DNA from: Epithemia pelagica
Lineage: Eukaryota; Protista; Bacillariophyta
Length of the DNA stretch: 64,000 bases
Direction: 5' to 3'
NCBI GenBank assembly: GCA_946965045.2
Contig: OX337240.1
Coordinates: 2,356,001-2,420,000, forward strand
Below the pieces are notes generated by a model. The model worked only from the letters and a program-made list of their open reading frames with translations. It was not told the origin of the DNA and searched no databases. Positions 21,556 to 31,482 of this stretch are shown here, one piece after another (positions within the stretch are counted from its first letter, which is position 1; the number at the start of each line of letters is the position of its first letter). The translations under genes and the position numbers were made by a program.

Positions 21556-22238
21556 GGTTTGTTTTCGGACGAGTCCAAACGAGCGATTGGCGCAAAGCAA
21601 AAAGCTGCATATAGCCGTACCGGTCGGGCAATGGGCAATGTGCCACAAAGGTTGAAAAAAAATGGAAAAGTGCAATTGAGCGGGTGTGACAGATAGGGGT
21701 GAATCGATGGATAGACCAAGGATCGGGGAACGTATCCATACTACCAATCTGTCTATCTATTACGGAAAAATCCCATATCATTCGTAGTATCCGTAAAAAC
21801 TCCAACGGTCGTGTCGAGTATACTCCTGGATCCTGGGACTTCTTACGTATGAGCGTTTGGTTCGATGTGCCAAAATCAACAAAGAATATGCTCTTCTCGG
21901 TTCGATGCCGCCCGCATGGATTCGATTCGATACAGATATCATTGCGGAGATCATGGAGGCGACACGAAAACTTGGAACAAAGTCTAGGTAGGTAGATACC
22001 GTCGATGGGGATAATAGGAGTAGGAAGGAAGATCTGTGATGCGTCTCCGAGCATGGGATCGATTGGGGGGGTACCTTTGTTTGTCCGTCGTCCAGGAAAA
22101 ATAAAATAGACAAAAACAAAATTCTTTTTCCATTCGCGCCGCCGTTGGAACGCATGCCCTCCTTTTCGCGCCAGCCTTTCTTTTTCAAATCTGATGCCAC
22201 TCACTTTTTTTGCGCAACACAACATTTCAACACTCACC

Positions 22239-25178
22239 ATGACAACACCAAGTACTGCTATTCAAGATGATGAGGTAGAACGTGATGACGGAAACAACCC
22301 GAGTCAATCATGGAAAGCGTCCTTGCTCTTTGACCATGTAGAGGGTTCTTGCCACCCAGTTGATTTATTCCAGTACACTGACAAAGAAAAGTACAAGAGA
22401 CGCCACACAACTTCCCAACCCCTGGTGATATTTGATAGAACTCGCTTTCAAAACACACCTGAAGGACTGAACTTGCTACTGTGTGAACTGAAGAAATCTG
22501 CTCTACTGGACGGTACAACTCTTATATCTAGGAAAGGTGGCATTGAGTTGCGATGCCATAGATGCCGAATTTACCAATCTCACAAAAAGTCTCCTACGAA
22601 TGACAATCATTTGCAGTTTGACGAGCATGGAAGAAAGAATGGTACACGCAAGCATGCATACCACAGAGACCGTGGATTTGCCCGTAATGGTGGAAGATCG
22701 TGTCCGCGGAACACAGCCACATGCCTGCCAATTTCGAAAGAAGAAAAATGCAATGTCTTTCTTCGGTTGGGCATACAAGAAGGAGAAAATGGCTTCATTT
22801 ATCTCAAACAAGGTTGTGGGAACTGCATCCATCCTAATCATCCACAGCCTTTCAGAGCGGAACTTGCTTTGCAAAAGCGTCACATTGGTATTTTGACGCA
22901 AACCTTGATACGGTCAGGTGGCAATGCAAATGTTGGGTCTACTTCTATGAGAAGTTTGATTCTAGAGCATCAAAGTGAACTGGTCTCCAAAGGGACTGTC
23001 CATCATATTCAGTTAGAGCCTGAGTTTCTTTCCAATGCACAGAGTGACAACAACATTGCAGCAAGCACAGCCGAGAAAATGGTATCCTGGTTGCGGGCGA
23101 AAGCAAATGATCCCACAGTGAACTTACATTATTGCTTTCTTACCTGCAGTAAAGATACAGGAGCTTTCCACAAACACTCAAAGGGTCGCTGTCCTAAGCA
23201 AGGCCGAATGCCATTGTCAGACATAGAGAACGCAATGTCTCTTACTCCATCTTACAAACTGGAATGTGTCTTTTGCAAAGCTCGTGACAAGGAAATAAAC
23301 ACTCCACTTTGTGAGGGTCCTGCCATTGATAATGACCTTGTATCTTCTGCACGACAACACATTTCTGGAGCTGACCGAATCTTGTTAGGGGCTGCCTGGG
23401 TAGATGATGCAAACTACCAGCAATTCTTGAGGTTCCCTGAGGTTCTCTTTATAGACTCGACACACAAGACCAATAACGAAGCCAGACCGCTTCTGTTACT
23501 TTGTGGCCGAGATCAAAATGGAAAAGCCTTTGTAGTGGCTAGAATATTCATGCCAAATGAGACAATTGCTTTCTACAGGTGGGTATTTCTGAAATGCCTT
23601 CCATCTCTTTTGGGAACAGAGGCGATGCTCCGTGTAAGGCTTCTCATTACAGATGGGGATTCACAAGAATTTGATGCTGCACAAGAGGCTTGTCTGCATT
23701 TTTTCAAGAATGCTGCCAGGTGCAGATGCATGTTCCATCTTGTTCAAAAATCAGTTCAAAGGCACATTGCTCCCAGTGCTTTCCACACACCGCTTACAAA
23801 ACAGCACCTCCAGAAAGTCAAGTCTTGGGTATATAGTTGGGCTGATGGTTCAAGTTGCTTCACTGAACGACAGTACATTTTTTCAAAGGAGCTGCTTTTG
23901 CACAGGTTGCAAACTGATGATAAGATCCGAAAGGATGTACCTCTGGCCTCCATCACTGCAGTTATTGAGTGGCTGAACACAAAAGTCTTCCCGCACGAGA
24001 ACTCTTTTTGTTTTTGGAAAAAAACATACTTGAGGTGCTTAGACGAATACATGAACAATTCAGTAGAGGCAATGAACAAGTCGTGCAAGAAATCAGGTGT
24101 GTGTGCAAAGCCAAACATGAACATGGACAAAGCAGCTAATGCCATGCTTACGTACACGGAGTTGCAGTCGAGAATGAGGAGGAGCACCGAAGCCAGGAAA
24201 CTTTGCCAGACCCCCATTTTCTTGGATCCTTCAATACACAATGTTTCGATTCTGCGGCAACTTTGTGATCTTGGTCAACATTTGATGGTGAATCAGTTTC
24301 AACACCGGGTCAACTACTCTGTCCTTTGTACATCACCAACATCCTTTTTGGTGCTGTTGCACAATAAGAGAGACACATGTGCTTCAACTCTAGAACCACC
24401 TCGCTACAAGACAGCATGGGAAGTTCAAAAAGATGAAAAGGGATGGTTGAGATGCAAATGTGGTTATTCCCACCGGTATGGAATCCCGTGCAGGCATCTG
24501 CTTGCAGTGGAGCCCAAATATGATTTGCTTGACATTGATTCCCGCTGGCTAAGATGGTATGGATACTTTGCATATCATCCAGGTCGACCAAATGATGGCA
24601 ATGATTGTTTTCATGAGAGCACAGGAATCAGGCACAAAACAGACTTGGCGATTGAAAGACGATTTCCATTCCCACTTCCTGGTTGTCAACTCTCTGCTAA
24701 CCAATTTCTTGCTGTTTCCGACAGTTCTCACCTTCATTGTTGGAACTACAATGTAGCTGATTATCCACAGAAACACCGGGGATTAGCTATTGAAAGTGGT
24801 AGTCCCGAGCTTAGTGGTAGTCCCGAGCCATCTTGTCAGATGTTTACCCAGGAGTCTACAGCACCAGATATGACTGAAGGAAATACTATACCACAGCAAG
24901 AAGAGATATTGACTTTCTCTGCACCAATTCCCAGAACAGTGTCTCAAGCTCAAGTGCATACTTTCTTCAAGGACATGTTGCCATTGTTTAACTGCCCCTC
25001 GTCTCGAAAGCGTCTATATGAAAAGCTGGAAGAAGAGCGGGACAATCAAGAGACTAGGCTTCGAGAAAAACAACCAAAGATTGGTGATAGACAGAATGAG
25101 GTCTCATTTGTGTCAAGTAATGTTCCATTTGACAAATCCCGTGAATCGATCCAAAATACTTACCACTTTAAGAACTAG
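22239..25178 (+). CDS. MULE transposase with N-terminal Zn-finger and SWIM domain
   Basis: Uninterrupted ORF (994 aa from 22194; first ATG 22239). FPEVLFIDSTHKTN, LITDGD, CMFHL, NNSVEAMN (putative D-D-E); SWIM CKCGYSHRYGIPCRH; N-terminal C..C..H..H cluster. Confidence 0.92.
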   Translation: MTTPSTAIQDDEVERDDGNNPSQSWKASLLFDHVEGSCHPVDLFQYTDKEKYKRRHTTSQPLVIFDRTRFQNTPEGLNLLLCELKKSALLDGTTLISRKGGIELRCHRCRIYQSHKKSPTNDNHLQFDEHGRKNGTRKHAYHRDRGFARNGGRSCPRNTATCLPISKEEKCNVFLRLGIQEGENGFIYLKQGCGNCIHPNHPQPFRAELALQKRHIGILTQTLIRSGGNANVGSTSMRSLILEHQSELVSKGTVHHIQLEPEFLSNAQSDNNIAASTAEKMVSWLRAKANDPTVNLHYCFLTCSKDTGAFHKHSKGRCPKQGRMPLSDIENAMSLTPSYKLECVFCKARDKEINTPLCEGPAIDNDLVSSARQHISGADRILLGAAWVDDANYQQFLRFPEVLFIDSTHKTNNEARPLLLLCGRDQNGKAFVVARIFMPNETIAFYRWVFLKCLPSLLGTEAMLRVRLLITDGDSQEFDAAQEACLHFFKNAARCRCMFHLVQKSVQRHIAPSAFHTPLTKQHLQKVKSWVYSWADGSSCFTERQYIFSKELLLHRLQTDDKIRKDVPLASITAVIEWLNTKVFPHENSFCFWKKTYLRCLDEYMNNSVEAMNKSCKKSGVCAKPNMNMDKAANAMLTYTELQSRMRRSTEARKLCQTPIFLDPSIHNVSILRQLCDLGQHLMVNQFQHRVNYSVLCTSPTSFLVLLHNKRDTCASTLEPPRYKTAWEVQKDEKGWLRCKCGYSHRYGIPCRHLLAVEPKYDLLDIDSRWLRWYGYFAYHPGRPNDGNDCFHESTGIRHKTDLAIERRFPFPLPGCQLSANQFLAVSDSSHLHCWNYNVADYPQKHRGLAIESGSPELSGSPEPSCQMFTQESTAPDMTEGNTIPQQEEILTFSAPIPRTVSQAQVHTFFKDMLPLFNCPSSRKRLYEKLEEERDNQETRLREKQPKIGDRQNEVSFVSSNVPFDKSRESIQNTYHFKN

Positions 25179-25193
25179 AAAGAACTGACTTGT

Positions 25194-26753
25194 TTAATTA
25201 TCCAGTATTGCAAATGCAAAATGCTTCAATCCATACCCACCTCGCCCAATGCATGGGGATTTTTCAAAATTGACAAGGACTCGACGAGCTTCCAAATGAG
25301 ATGATCTATTTCTGAACACATCTCGATGGAGTCCGACAGGGTGTTGCACCATGGTCCAAGAACTATTTGTTGCCAATTTCCTGATCACTTTCTTGTATTC
25401 AAAGTTACAGGAGTTGCCGGTGTCTTGTCCTTCTTTGATTTCTGTTTGTACAGCCGTTGGGGCAATGTCAATTCCAATCTGTTGGGAAACCTGTGCCAAC
25501 AAATGAGCTGCAAAAAGTTTCATTTCCACAACTTGGTCAAAAATTGGATATGTCTCGGCATCAGATGAGCATACTTTGAATTGACCTCCTTTCTTTGGAG
25601 TGCTGTATGTATGCTTGACCATGCAATTCTTCTTCCTTGACCGATAGATGCAAACCCACTGCAGCTTCTCTCGGAATAGTTTTACTCCTCCTGCTTTCCT
25701 GGGAAAAGAGCCTGGTATGGAAAGGAACTGGAAGAACTCTTTGTTCAACTCTGTTGTTCCAGAACTGCCACCTCTGCGCATGCATTCGAAGCCTGAATGA
25801 GAAAGTTTCTTACATATTGTGTTGTAGAGTTGTTTCATTTTCATGGGTGTCATTTCCATGGTTTCTTTATAGTTGTTGTGGAAGCAAAACAGCAGCAAGG
25901 GCATCATGTGGTCAATGTTGTGTGGTCGTCCAAGCACAATACTGGCTTCTGCATTGTTGTTGTGTTGGAAGAGAGTGGCATCCTCTATCTGCTTCATTGT
26001 CAGGTCATTCTCTCCTTTCTTACTTAACTGACAGCCAGAACTCTGTTGGTCAAATATATAGATGTCGACAATATATCCTTCAGGCTCATGTATTCCTATC
26101 TCTGGAATCTCATCCATTACTGCAAATAGTTGCTGTTTGGAGTATTTGTTTGACTGCAACGACATTGGTTGTGGAGTGGCATTCTTCTCCTCAGCTAACA
26201 GCACTGTTTTGAGACTGGGAACACAATGCCAGACACCATCAAATGCACCTGTCTCTCTTCCCAGACCATGAATATCGAGAAAGCTTGTGTTGTTGTTTGG
26301 TGAATCAATAAAGAGATTGTATTGTGGGAAAAACAAACATCCATCCAATAGTTTCTGATCACTGGCTGATACTCTGTCAGCGGCGAGTTTGATTTGTTGT
26401 TGTAAATTTTGTCGCTGTACACCAGCCTCTTTCATCAGATTCCTTGTAAGTCTGTGCTCACAACAGGATCCAATAAAAGTGGAGGCTGCTTCAGTCATTT
26501 TGCTGTCAACAAACTGAGCAGCAGTCCTAAGCCATTTGTCCTCCTGGATTCCCTTTTTTTTGCAGAGGTCCACAATTTCTGACACACATCTGAAACAAGC
26601 CTTGCATCCACATCTAGAGCATGTCAGAAACTGTGGTGTTGGCTTTGTTGTTGCTGTTTCTTGCAATGGTTGTATTGGTTTGATTGATTGCTGTTGTTTT
26701 CTTTCAACTGAATTTGGGGAACAAAAAAGGCAACTCATGGTTCCAATGAACAT
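25194..26753 (-). CDS. MULE accessory protein: Cys-rich PHD/ADD-like finger plus C-terminal HxD motif
   Basis: Intact 519-aa ORF converging on the transposase (stop codons 15 bp apart). CLFC...LTCSRCGCKACFRCV...CCEH at the N-terminus; QHPVGLHRDVF near the C-terminus. Confidence 0.7.
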   Translation of the reverse strand: MFIGTMSCLFCSPNSVERKQQQSIKPIQPLQETATTKPTPQFLTCSRCGCKACFRCVSEIVDLCKKKGIQEDKWLRTAAQFVDSKMTEAASTFIGSCCEHRLTRNLMKEAGVQRQNLQQQIKLAADRVSASDQKLLDGCLFFPQYNLFIDSPNNNTSFLDIHGLGRETGAFDGVWHCVPSLKTVLLAEEKNATPQPMSLQSNKYSKQQLFAVMDEIPEIGIHEPEGYIVDIYIFDQQSSGCQLSKKGENDLTMKQIEDATLFQHNNNAEASIVLGRPHNIDHMMPLLLFCFHNNYKETMEMTPMKMKQLYNTICKKLSHSGFECMRRGGSSGTTELNKEFFQFLSIPGSFPRKAGGVKLFREKLQWVCIYRSRKKNCMVKHTYSTPKKGGQFKVCSSDAETYPIFDQVVEMKLFAAHLLAQVSQQIGIDIAPTAVQTEIKEGQDTGNSCNFEYKKVIRKLATNSSWTMVQHPVGLHRDVFRNRSSHLEARRVLVNFEKSPCIGRGGYGLKHFAFAILDN

Positions 26754-26925
26754 TCATGAACAGGGGGCTCAATGACACCTTTCCTCTCAATACAAAGGAA
26801 GACAGCAACTGCCCTGACAAATGGATGAAGACACCCTTGTCCTCAAGACAGTATAGAACTTCCTGGCACCAGGAAATAGATGCAGAGAACCCTCTATCAC
26901 TCAATTCTTTGGAGTTCCAGGTTGG

Positions 26926-27586
26926 CTTTTTATTTTTTGCCCAAGGAAGCTTTGGGGTTCACCGATTCACAATGGCCGATAGCGCGTCGGAAAGTAGACT
27001 CAAAGACGGTTCCAAGGAAAAAAGGTTGACTCAAATCCCACCAGTAGATGTGGAGATCTGGTGTGGACAACACAAGGCTTGAAAACAGATCCTGGACGAC
27101 TTTTTATTTTTTGGCCCAAGGAAGCTTTGGGGTTCACCGATTCACAATGGGCAGTATTGCATCAGAAAGTAGACTCAAAGACGGTTCCAAGGAAAAAAGG
27201 TTGACTCAAATCCCACCAGTAGATGTGGAGATCTGGTGTGGACAACACAAGGCTTGAAAACAGATCCTGGACGACTTTTTATTTTTTGGCCCAAGGAAGC
27301 TTTGGGGTTCACCGATTCACAATGGCCGATAGCGCGTCGGAAAGTAGACTCAAAGACGGTTCCAAGGAAAAAAGGTTGACTCAAATCCCACCAGTAGATG
27401 TGGAGATCTGGTGTGGACAACACAAGGCTTGAAAACAGATCCTGGACGACTTTTTATTTTTTGGCCCAAGGAAGCTTTGGCTTGCACCGATTCACAATGG
27501 GCAGTATTGCATCAGAAAGTAGACTCAAAGACGGTTCCAAGGGAAAAAGGTTGACTCAAATCCCACCATTAGATGTGGAGATATGG
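26926..27586. repeat. 175-bp tandem array (~3.8 units) with alternating A/B variants
   Basis: ccaaggaagc at 26941, 27116, 27291 and 27466 (exact 175-bp spacing). Units 1 and 3 carry ccgatagcgcgtcgg; units 2 and 4 carry gcagtattgcatcag. Confidence 0.97.
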
Positions 27587-27661
27587 TCTTTCCAGTCTGT
27601 GTGCTGGATTGTGATGACCAAGTTCTGAATGACCGGTGGAGGAGTAGCGTATGGATGGTCA

Positions 27662-27789
27662 ACAGGTGGGAGTATCCAAAGGTTTTGTCATAGGGTCATT
27701 AGGGATAGGGTATAAATGGCCCACAGGTGGGAGCATCAAAAGGATTTGTCGTAGGGTCATTAGGGATAGGGTATAAATGGCCCACAGGT
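27662..27789. repeat. 61-bp subterminal tandem repeat x2
   Basis: acaggtggg...tagggtcattagggatagggtataaatggccc starts at 27662 and 27723; partial third copy at 27784. Confidence 0.9.
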
Positions 27790-28082
27790 TAACTGTGGTT
27801 CGGGGGAGGTCTGTTTGACCGTTATATCCAATTATTAAATCTAGAAAAATAAAAAAGTTACTGTAAAAATCCAAATGATATTTTTTTAAAAATTTGGATA
27901 TTAGCGTGTAGACAGCAGACGGGAGGTACCCCCGCAATCGGAGAGATTTAGCATAAGCGAATACCACCTTTCCTCCCCCTCCTTTTTGACGGGGGGGCTC
28001 GAAAAGGGGCGGGATCCATGACTATGTACGTCCGCCGTCCGTGCAAAGGAGAAAAGATCTCAACAACAAGTAACACGGATCT

Positions 28083-29198
28083 TTGGGGACCATGAGGATG
28101 ATGGAAGGTGCTTTGACTCCAACGACCATGATTGCGACCCGAATGAGTCGTCCGTTGTGCCGTCATTTCTCTTCTGTAGGCTCGAAACAGTGCTTCTGGA
28201 ACGAGCCTCCGGTCTGCCGCCGCCGCCACCGACCGCGACAGCCTCGACGACGAGGCGTCGTTGGTTGGGTACTGGTGTTGTTCCTCCATGTGTTGGGTGG
28301 TTCGCTGCGTGTCGCGGACGGACAAGGTACGTCGCAACAGAATGGAGGATCGTGCTTGGCCATGGCGGGGAAAGATTGCGTCGCCTTGATTATGGATGCT
28401 CGATTTGGCAGTAACACTGGATTGGTCAATGTGCAAAACCGTCCCTGTCTCGTGATTGGTGGTAGTGCTGGCAGTGGTGCTGATGCACCACAACTTCCCA
28501 TGGTCATGGCCTTGCAAGGTTTGCAAGCCGATGTCTTGACGGTGGAGCAACAAATTTCCCAGACACTGCGTCGTCAACACCACGAACAGAGTCAAGTGGC
28601 CATTCCGCAACAACAACCACAACCACAACGACACCCAACACTGACTGTCTCTCCCCGAGCCTTGGCATCCTATACCAGTCACGTCTTGTATCAACGAAAA
28701 CGAGCCCCGTATTATGTCGAACCCTTGATTGTCGGATTGGAAGCACGACAAGTATTCGAAGAAGAAGCAGCAGCAGCAGAAGAAGCACCAGATTCGTCCA
28801 CCACATCTTCCACGCGGCAAGAACCACGAATCGCCAAAACTGTCTATCGCCCCTATATTTGCAGCATGGATCTCCTAGGCTCCATGCAAGAACAACCCAC
28901 ACGTCCACCGTCCTGGACGGTCGACGAATCCAACCACCACAACGATCAAAAGGACGACAATCCAGAACATGTGGCCACCTTTTGTGGCATGGGTGCCGCC
29001 GTTTCGTCCTTGTATGGGACGGCGCAAGCCATTTGGAAACCCAACATGACAGAGTCGGAATTGAAACGGGCCATTGTCACGGCCTTTGCATCGGCCCTCG
29101 AACGCGATTGCTTGTCCGGCTATGGGGCCCGCTTGTATGTGCTCACCGCCACACACGGTGTCACCGTCTATCATGTCGTCAATGGACGCAACGATTGA
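28083..29198 (+). CDS. PSMB3: 20S proteasome beta-3-like subunit with N-terminal signal-like extension
   Basis: NGGSCLAMAGKDCVAL, LYQRKRAPYYVEPLIVGL, PYICSMDLLG, SLYGTAQAIWKPNM, ALERDCLSGYGA; preceded by a basic plus hydrophobic extension. Confidence 0.8.
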   Translation: MGTMRMMEGALTPTTMIATRMSRPLCRHFSSVGSKQCFWNEPPVCRRRHRPRQPRRRGVVGWVLVLFLHVLGGSLRVADGQGTSQQNGGSCLAMAGKDCVALIMDARFGSNTGLVNVQNRPCLVIGGSAGSGADAPQLPMVMALQGLQADVLTVEQQISQTLRRQHHEQSQVAIPQQQPQPQRHPTLTVSPRALASYTSHVLYQRKRAPYYVEPLIVGLEARQVFEEEAAAAEEAPDSSTTSSTRQEPRIAKTVYRPYICSMDLLGSMQEQPTRPPSWTVDESNHHNDQKDDNPEHVATFCGMGAAVSSLYGTAQAIWKPNMTESELKRAIVTAFASALERDCLSGYGARLYVLTATHGVTVYHVVNGRND

Positions 29199-30313
29199 GC
29201 GAGAGAGAGAGAGACTATATACGGATATATAGATGGAGAGTAGTAGGATCCAGTTCCCACGCTATATGGGACAGACCCAACCAACCAACTACCCCAAGCC
29301 AAACTGCATCCGTCAGAGGTGTGTGTGTATATATATGTGGGAGAGACACTGTACGTCTGGTGGACGGTCCGCAACCAGGAACATGACGACACTCCGGAAC
29401 AGAATGCAACGATACGACGGTCTCGATGAGGAGGAGTCATTCTTTTGCCAATGACACCACCATGGTGGTGTGGCTGCTCCTTTTGTCGTTGCTGTTCTGG
29501 ATCATGGAGGAGGACGACGAACGTGTAGAGCTTTCATGGAACGCAAAAAGCACGAAACAATGTGAAAACTCATGATTCGCGGCAGTGAGGAGCAAGCATA
29601 TGGAAACCACTCGATACTGGGATTCGTACCAAGGAGACTAATACGACGATGGCAGGAACGACGAGGAGACGAGAAATCCTCCATCGCCATAGACTGACCA
29701 CAGTTCGCCAGTACCAACCACAACCACAAATCTCGTCGGATTGTGGCACTGCACGGTAGGAGGGGCCATTCCAAACGACGACAGTGTCCCACATCAAAAC
29801 CACTGGATCTACCGCAGACCAAACCTCGATTCCATCTCTCACTCCAAGACAACGAATCTCTCTTTCCTCAACGTTGTCGGCATCTTTGTCGTTGGATCAT
29901 CCTCTGTCAATTCATCCGGATGGTTCGGCGTTGGAAACGATTGACGAGGAACCATCATCTGTTCGTCTTCTCAGAATGTCACTGGGACGGTTGGACAGCA
30001 AACCATCTGATCTCAAAACGACAAAATCACTCAACACAACGCAAACCTCTGGATAATTCATGTTTTTGTTTTTTATCTTTTCGGAAAAGTCGTTCTGCCG
30101 TACGCCGTATGACTTGATCTCATTTCTACTACTCCTTCAACAATTCACATGATCACTCAATAGTTAGCAATCCTATGACGAAAACAAGACAACTGTTTGG
30201 AATCAAAATGATTATTATAGTATAGTTCCCCTTTTGCACGACATGGATGCAACGGGTCGCACATTTCCGGATTTATCCTTCCCTGAATCACAAGGGGGCG
30301 TATTGGCCGTGGT

Positions 30314-31482
30314 TCATACCGATTTTGATGTCGACATGGAGACGGATGAGATATCAGCATGTCGGATACCCATTCCTTCCCGAATATGATACGGTTGCTG
30401 CTCACAGAGTCGACGAAAACACCACGAATTCCTATCCATTAGTACTAATGTCGCACAGGTAGGATTTTCCGCTCCACCAATGATGACAACTTTATTAGCA
30501 ACAGTCACCATACTGCAGCCTGTAAGGGGATTTCTGAATGTTGGGAGATTCCACACGCGGTTGCAGTGCGTATCCACGACTTCCCCGATTTTACTGCATC
30601 CCGCCACAATCAGACTGGATCCCACGGCAGCCGCTGTACAAGAATACAGTCGTGCGACGATAAGCGCCAATTTCGAATGAGTGGTCCAAGTAGACGAGAA
30701 GGAAATGCCTTTAGCAACTGTCTCTGCCTTTGTCTTATCATTCTCACAAGTCTGGGCAAATTCCAAATACTCCAACGAGACAAGATTACCGTAGTAGTTA
30801 CGGCCTCCAGCGACAAAGATGCGGTGGCCAATGACTGCACTGGCACAAAATGATCGAGGAACGTTCATTCTTGGTCCTGCAGTGACAGTGTGATTGCTGG
30901 TATCAATAATATCCACCGACGACAAGTTTCCCAACCTGTTGTAGGTGCCACCCATTACCACAATGTATCGATTGTGAACCGCAACAGCACAACATTTTGA
31001 TCGTGGCATGGATAAGCGACAACGCATTGTCACCCAATTGCTCGCACATGTGCTGCTTGATGTCGAAGATGATTGCAGCAAATCAATGGAATCAATTCGT
31101 TCCATACAATCCAAATTTCCTTGAAAGAATCCTCCCATCACATAGACGCCTCCGTTGCACATAACAGCGGCATGTTCACAGCGTCTCATGTTCAAGGGCG
31201 TCCCTTTTCGCCACTGCTTGTTTGAACTTGCTAAATTCAATAACAGGACGGAATTGACCTCATCGTCGTGTCCTTGTTGGCGTCCTCCCATAACGACGAC
31301 GGTTTGTCCCTTGTTGTTGTTGTTGTTGTTATTGTCCTTTCGGGATGATCAAGTACGACCGAAGCATGATCCCAACGCGTTCCTCCCTCGAGAGGAGGCC
31401 AGTCCTCGAAATTCCATTCTGCGGTCTCATCCAGAGGGACAAGGCCCGACTGCCATGCTTGTTCTTGCTGTGTTGTGGTCAT
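30314..31482 (-). CDS. Kelch-repeat protein; 1-bp frameshift near 31338
   Basis: Kelch motifs (VYVMGG, IVVMGG, IFVAGG). The N-terminal part 31482..~31340 joins the main ORF if one A is added in the run at 31338-31340 (DHPEKDNNN...GQTVVVMGG). Confidence 0.8.

Larger units (their letters stand above)
22060..27943 (+). mobile_element. Autonomous-looking Mutator-like DNA transposon (MULE), ~5.9 kb, two convergent genes
   Basis: Imperfect inverted ends CGATTG(G/C)GGGGGTACCT at 22060 and 27940; encloses a MULE transposase, a second ORF and tandem arrays. No TSD identified. Confidence 0.8.

Noticed and set aside
21068-21655. Very hydrophobic 195-aa ORF (SILSIFFS repeats)
   Set aside because: It is the reverse-strand reading of the MDRIEKK repeats.
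21446-22240. 264-aa minus-strand ORF crossing the MULE left end
   Set aside because: Non-ATG start, spans an element boundary and has no motifs; probably chance.
26926-27586. CRISPR-like array or repeated small ORFs (27048, 27223, 27398)
   Set aside because: Units are 175 bp and contiguous with no unique spacers and no cas genes; the ORFs are by-products of the repeat.
22030-27990. Target-site duplication for the MULE
   Set aside because: No 8-11 bp direct repeat flanks 22060/27940, 18781/19641 or 18778/27943, so exact termini remain uncertain.
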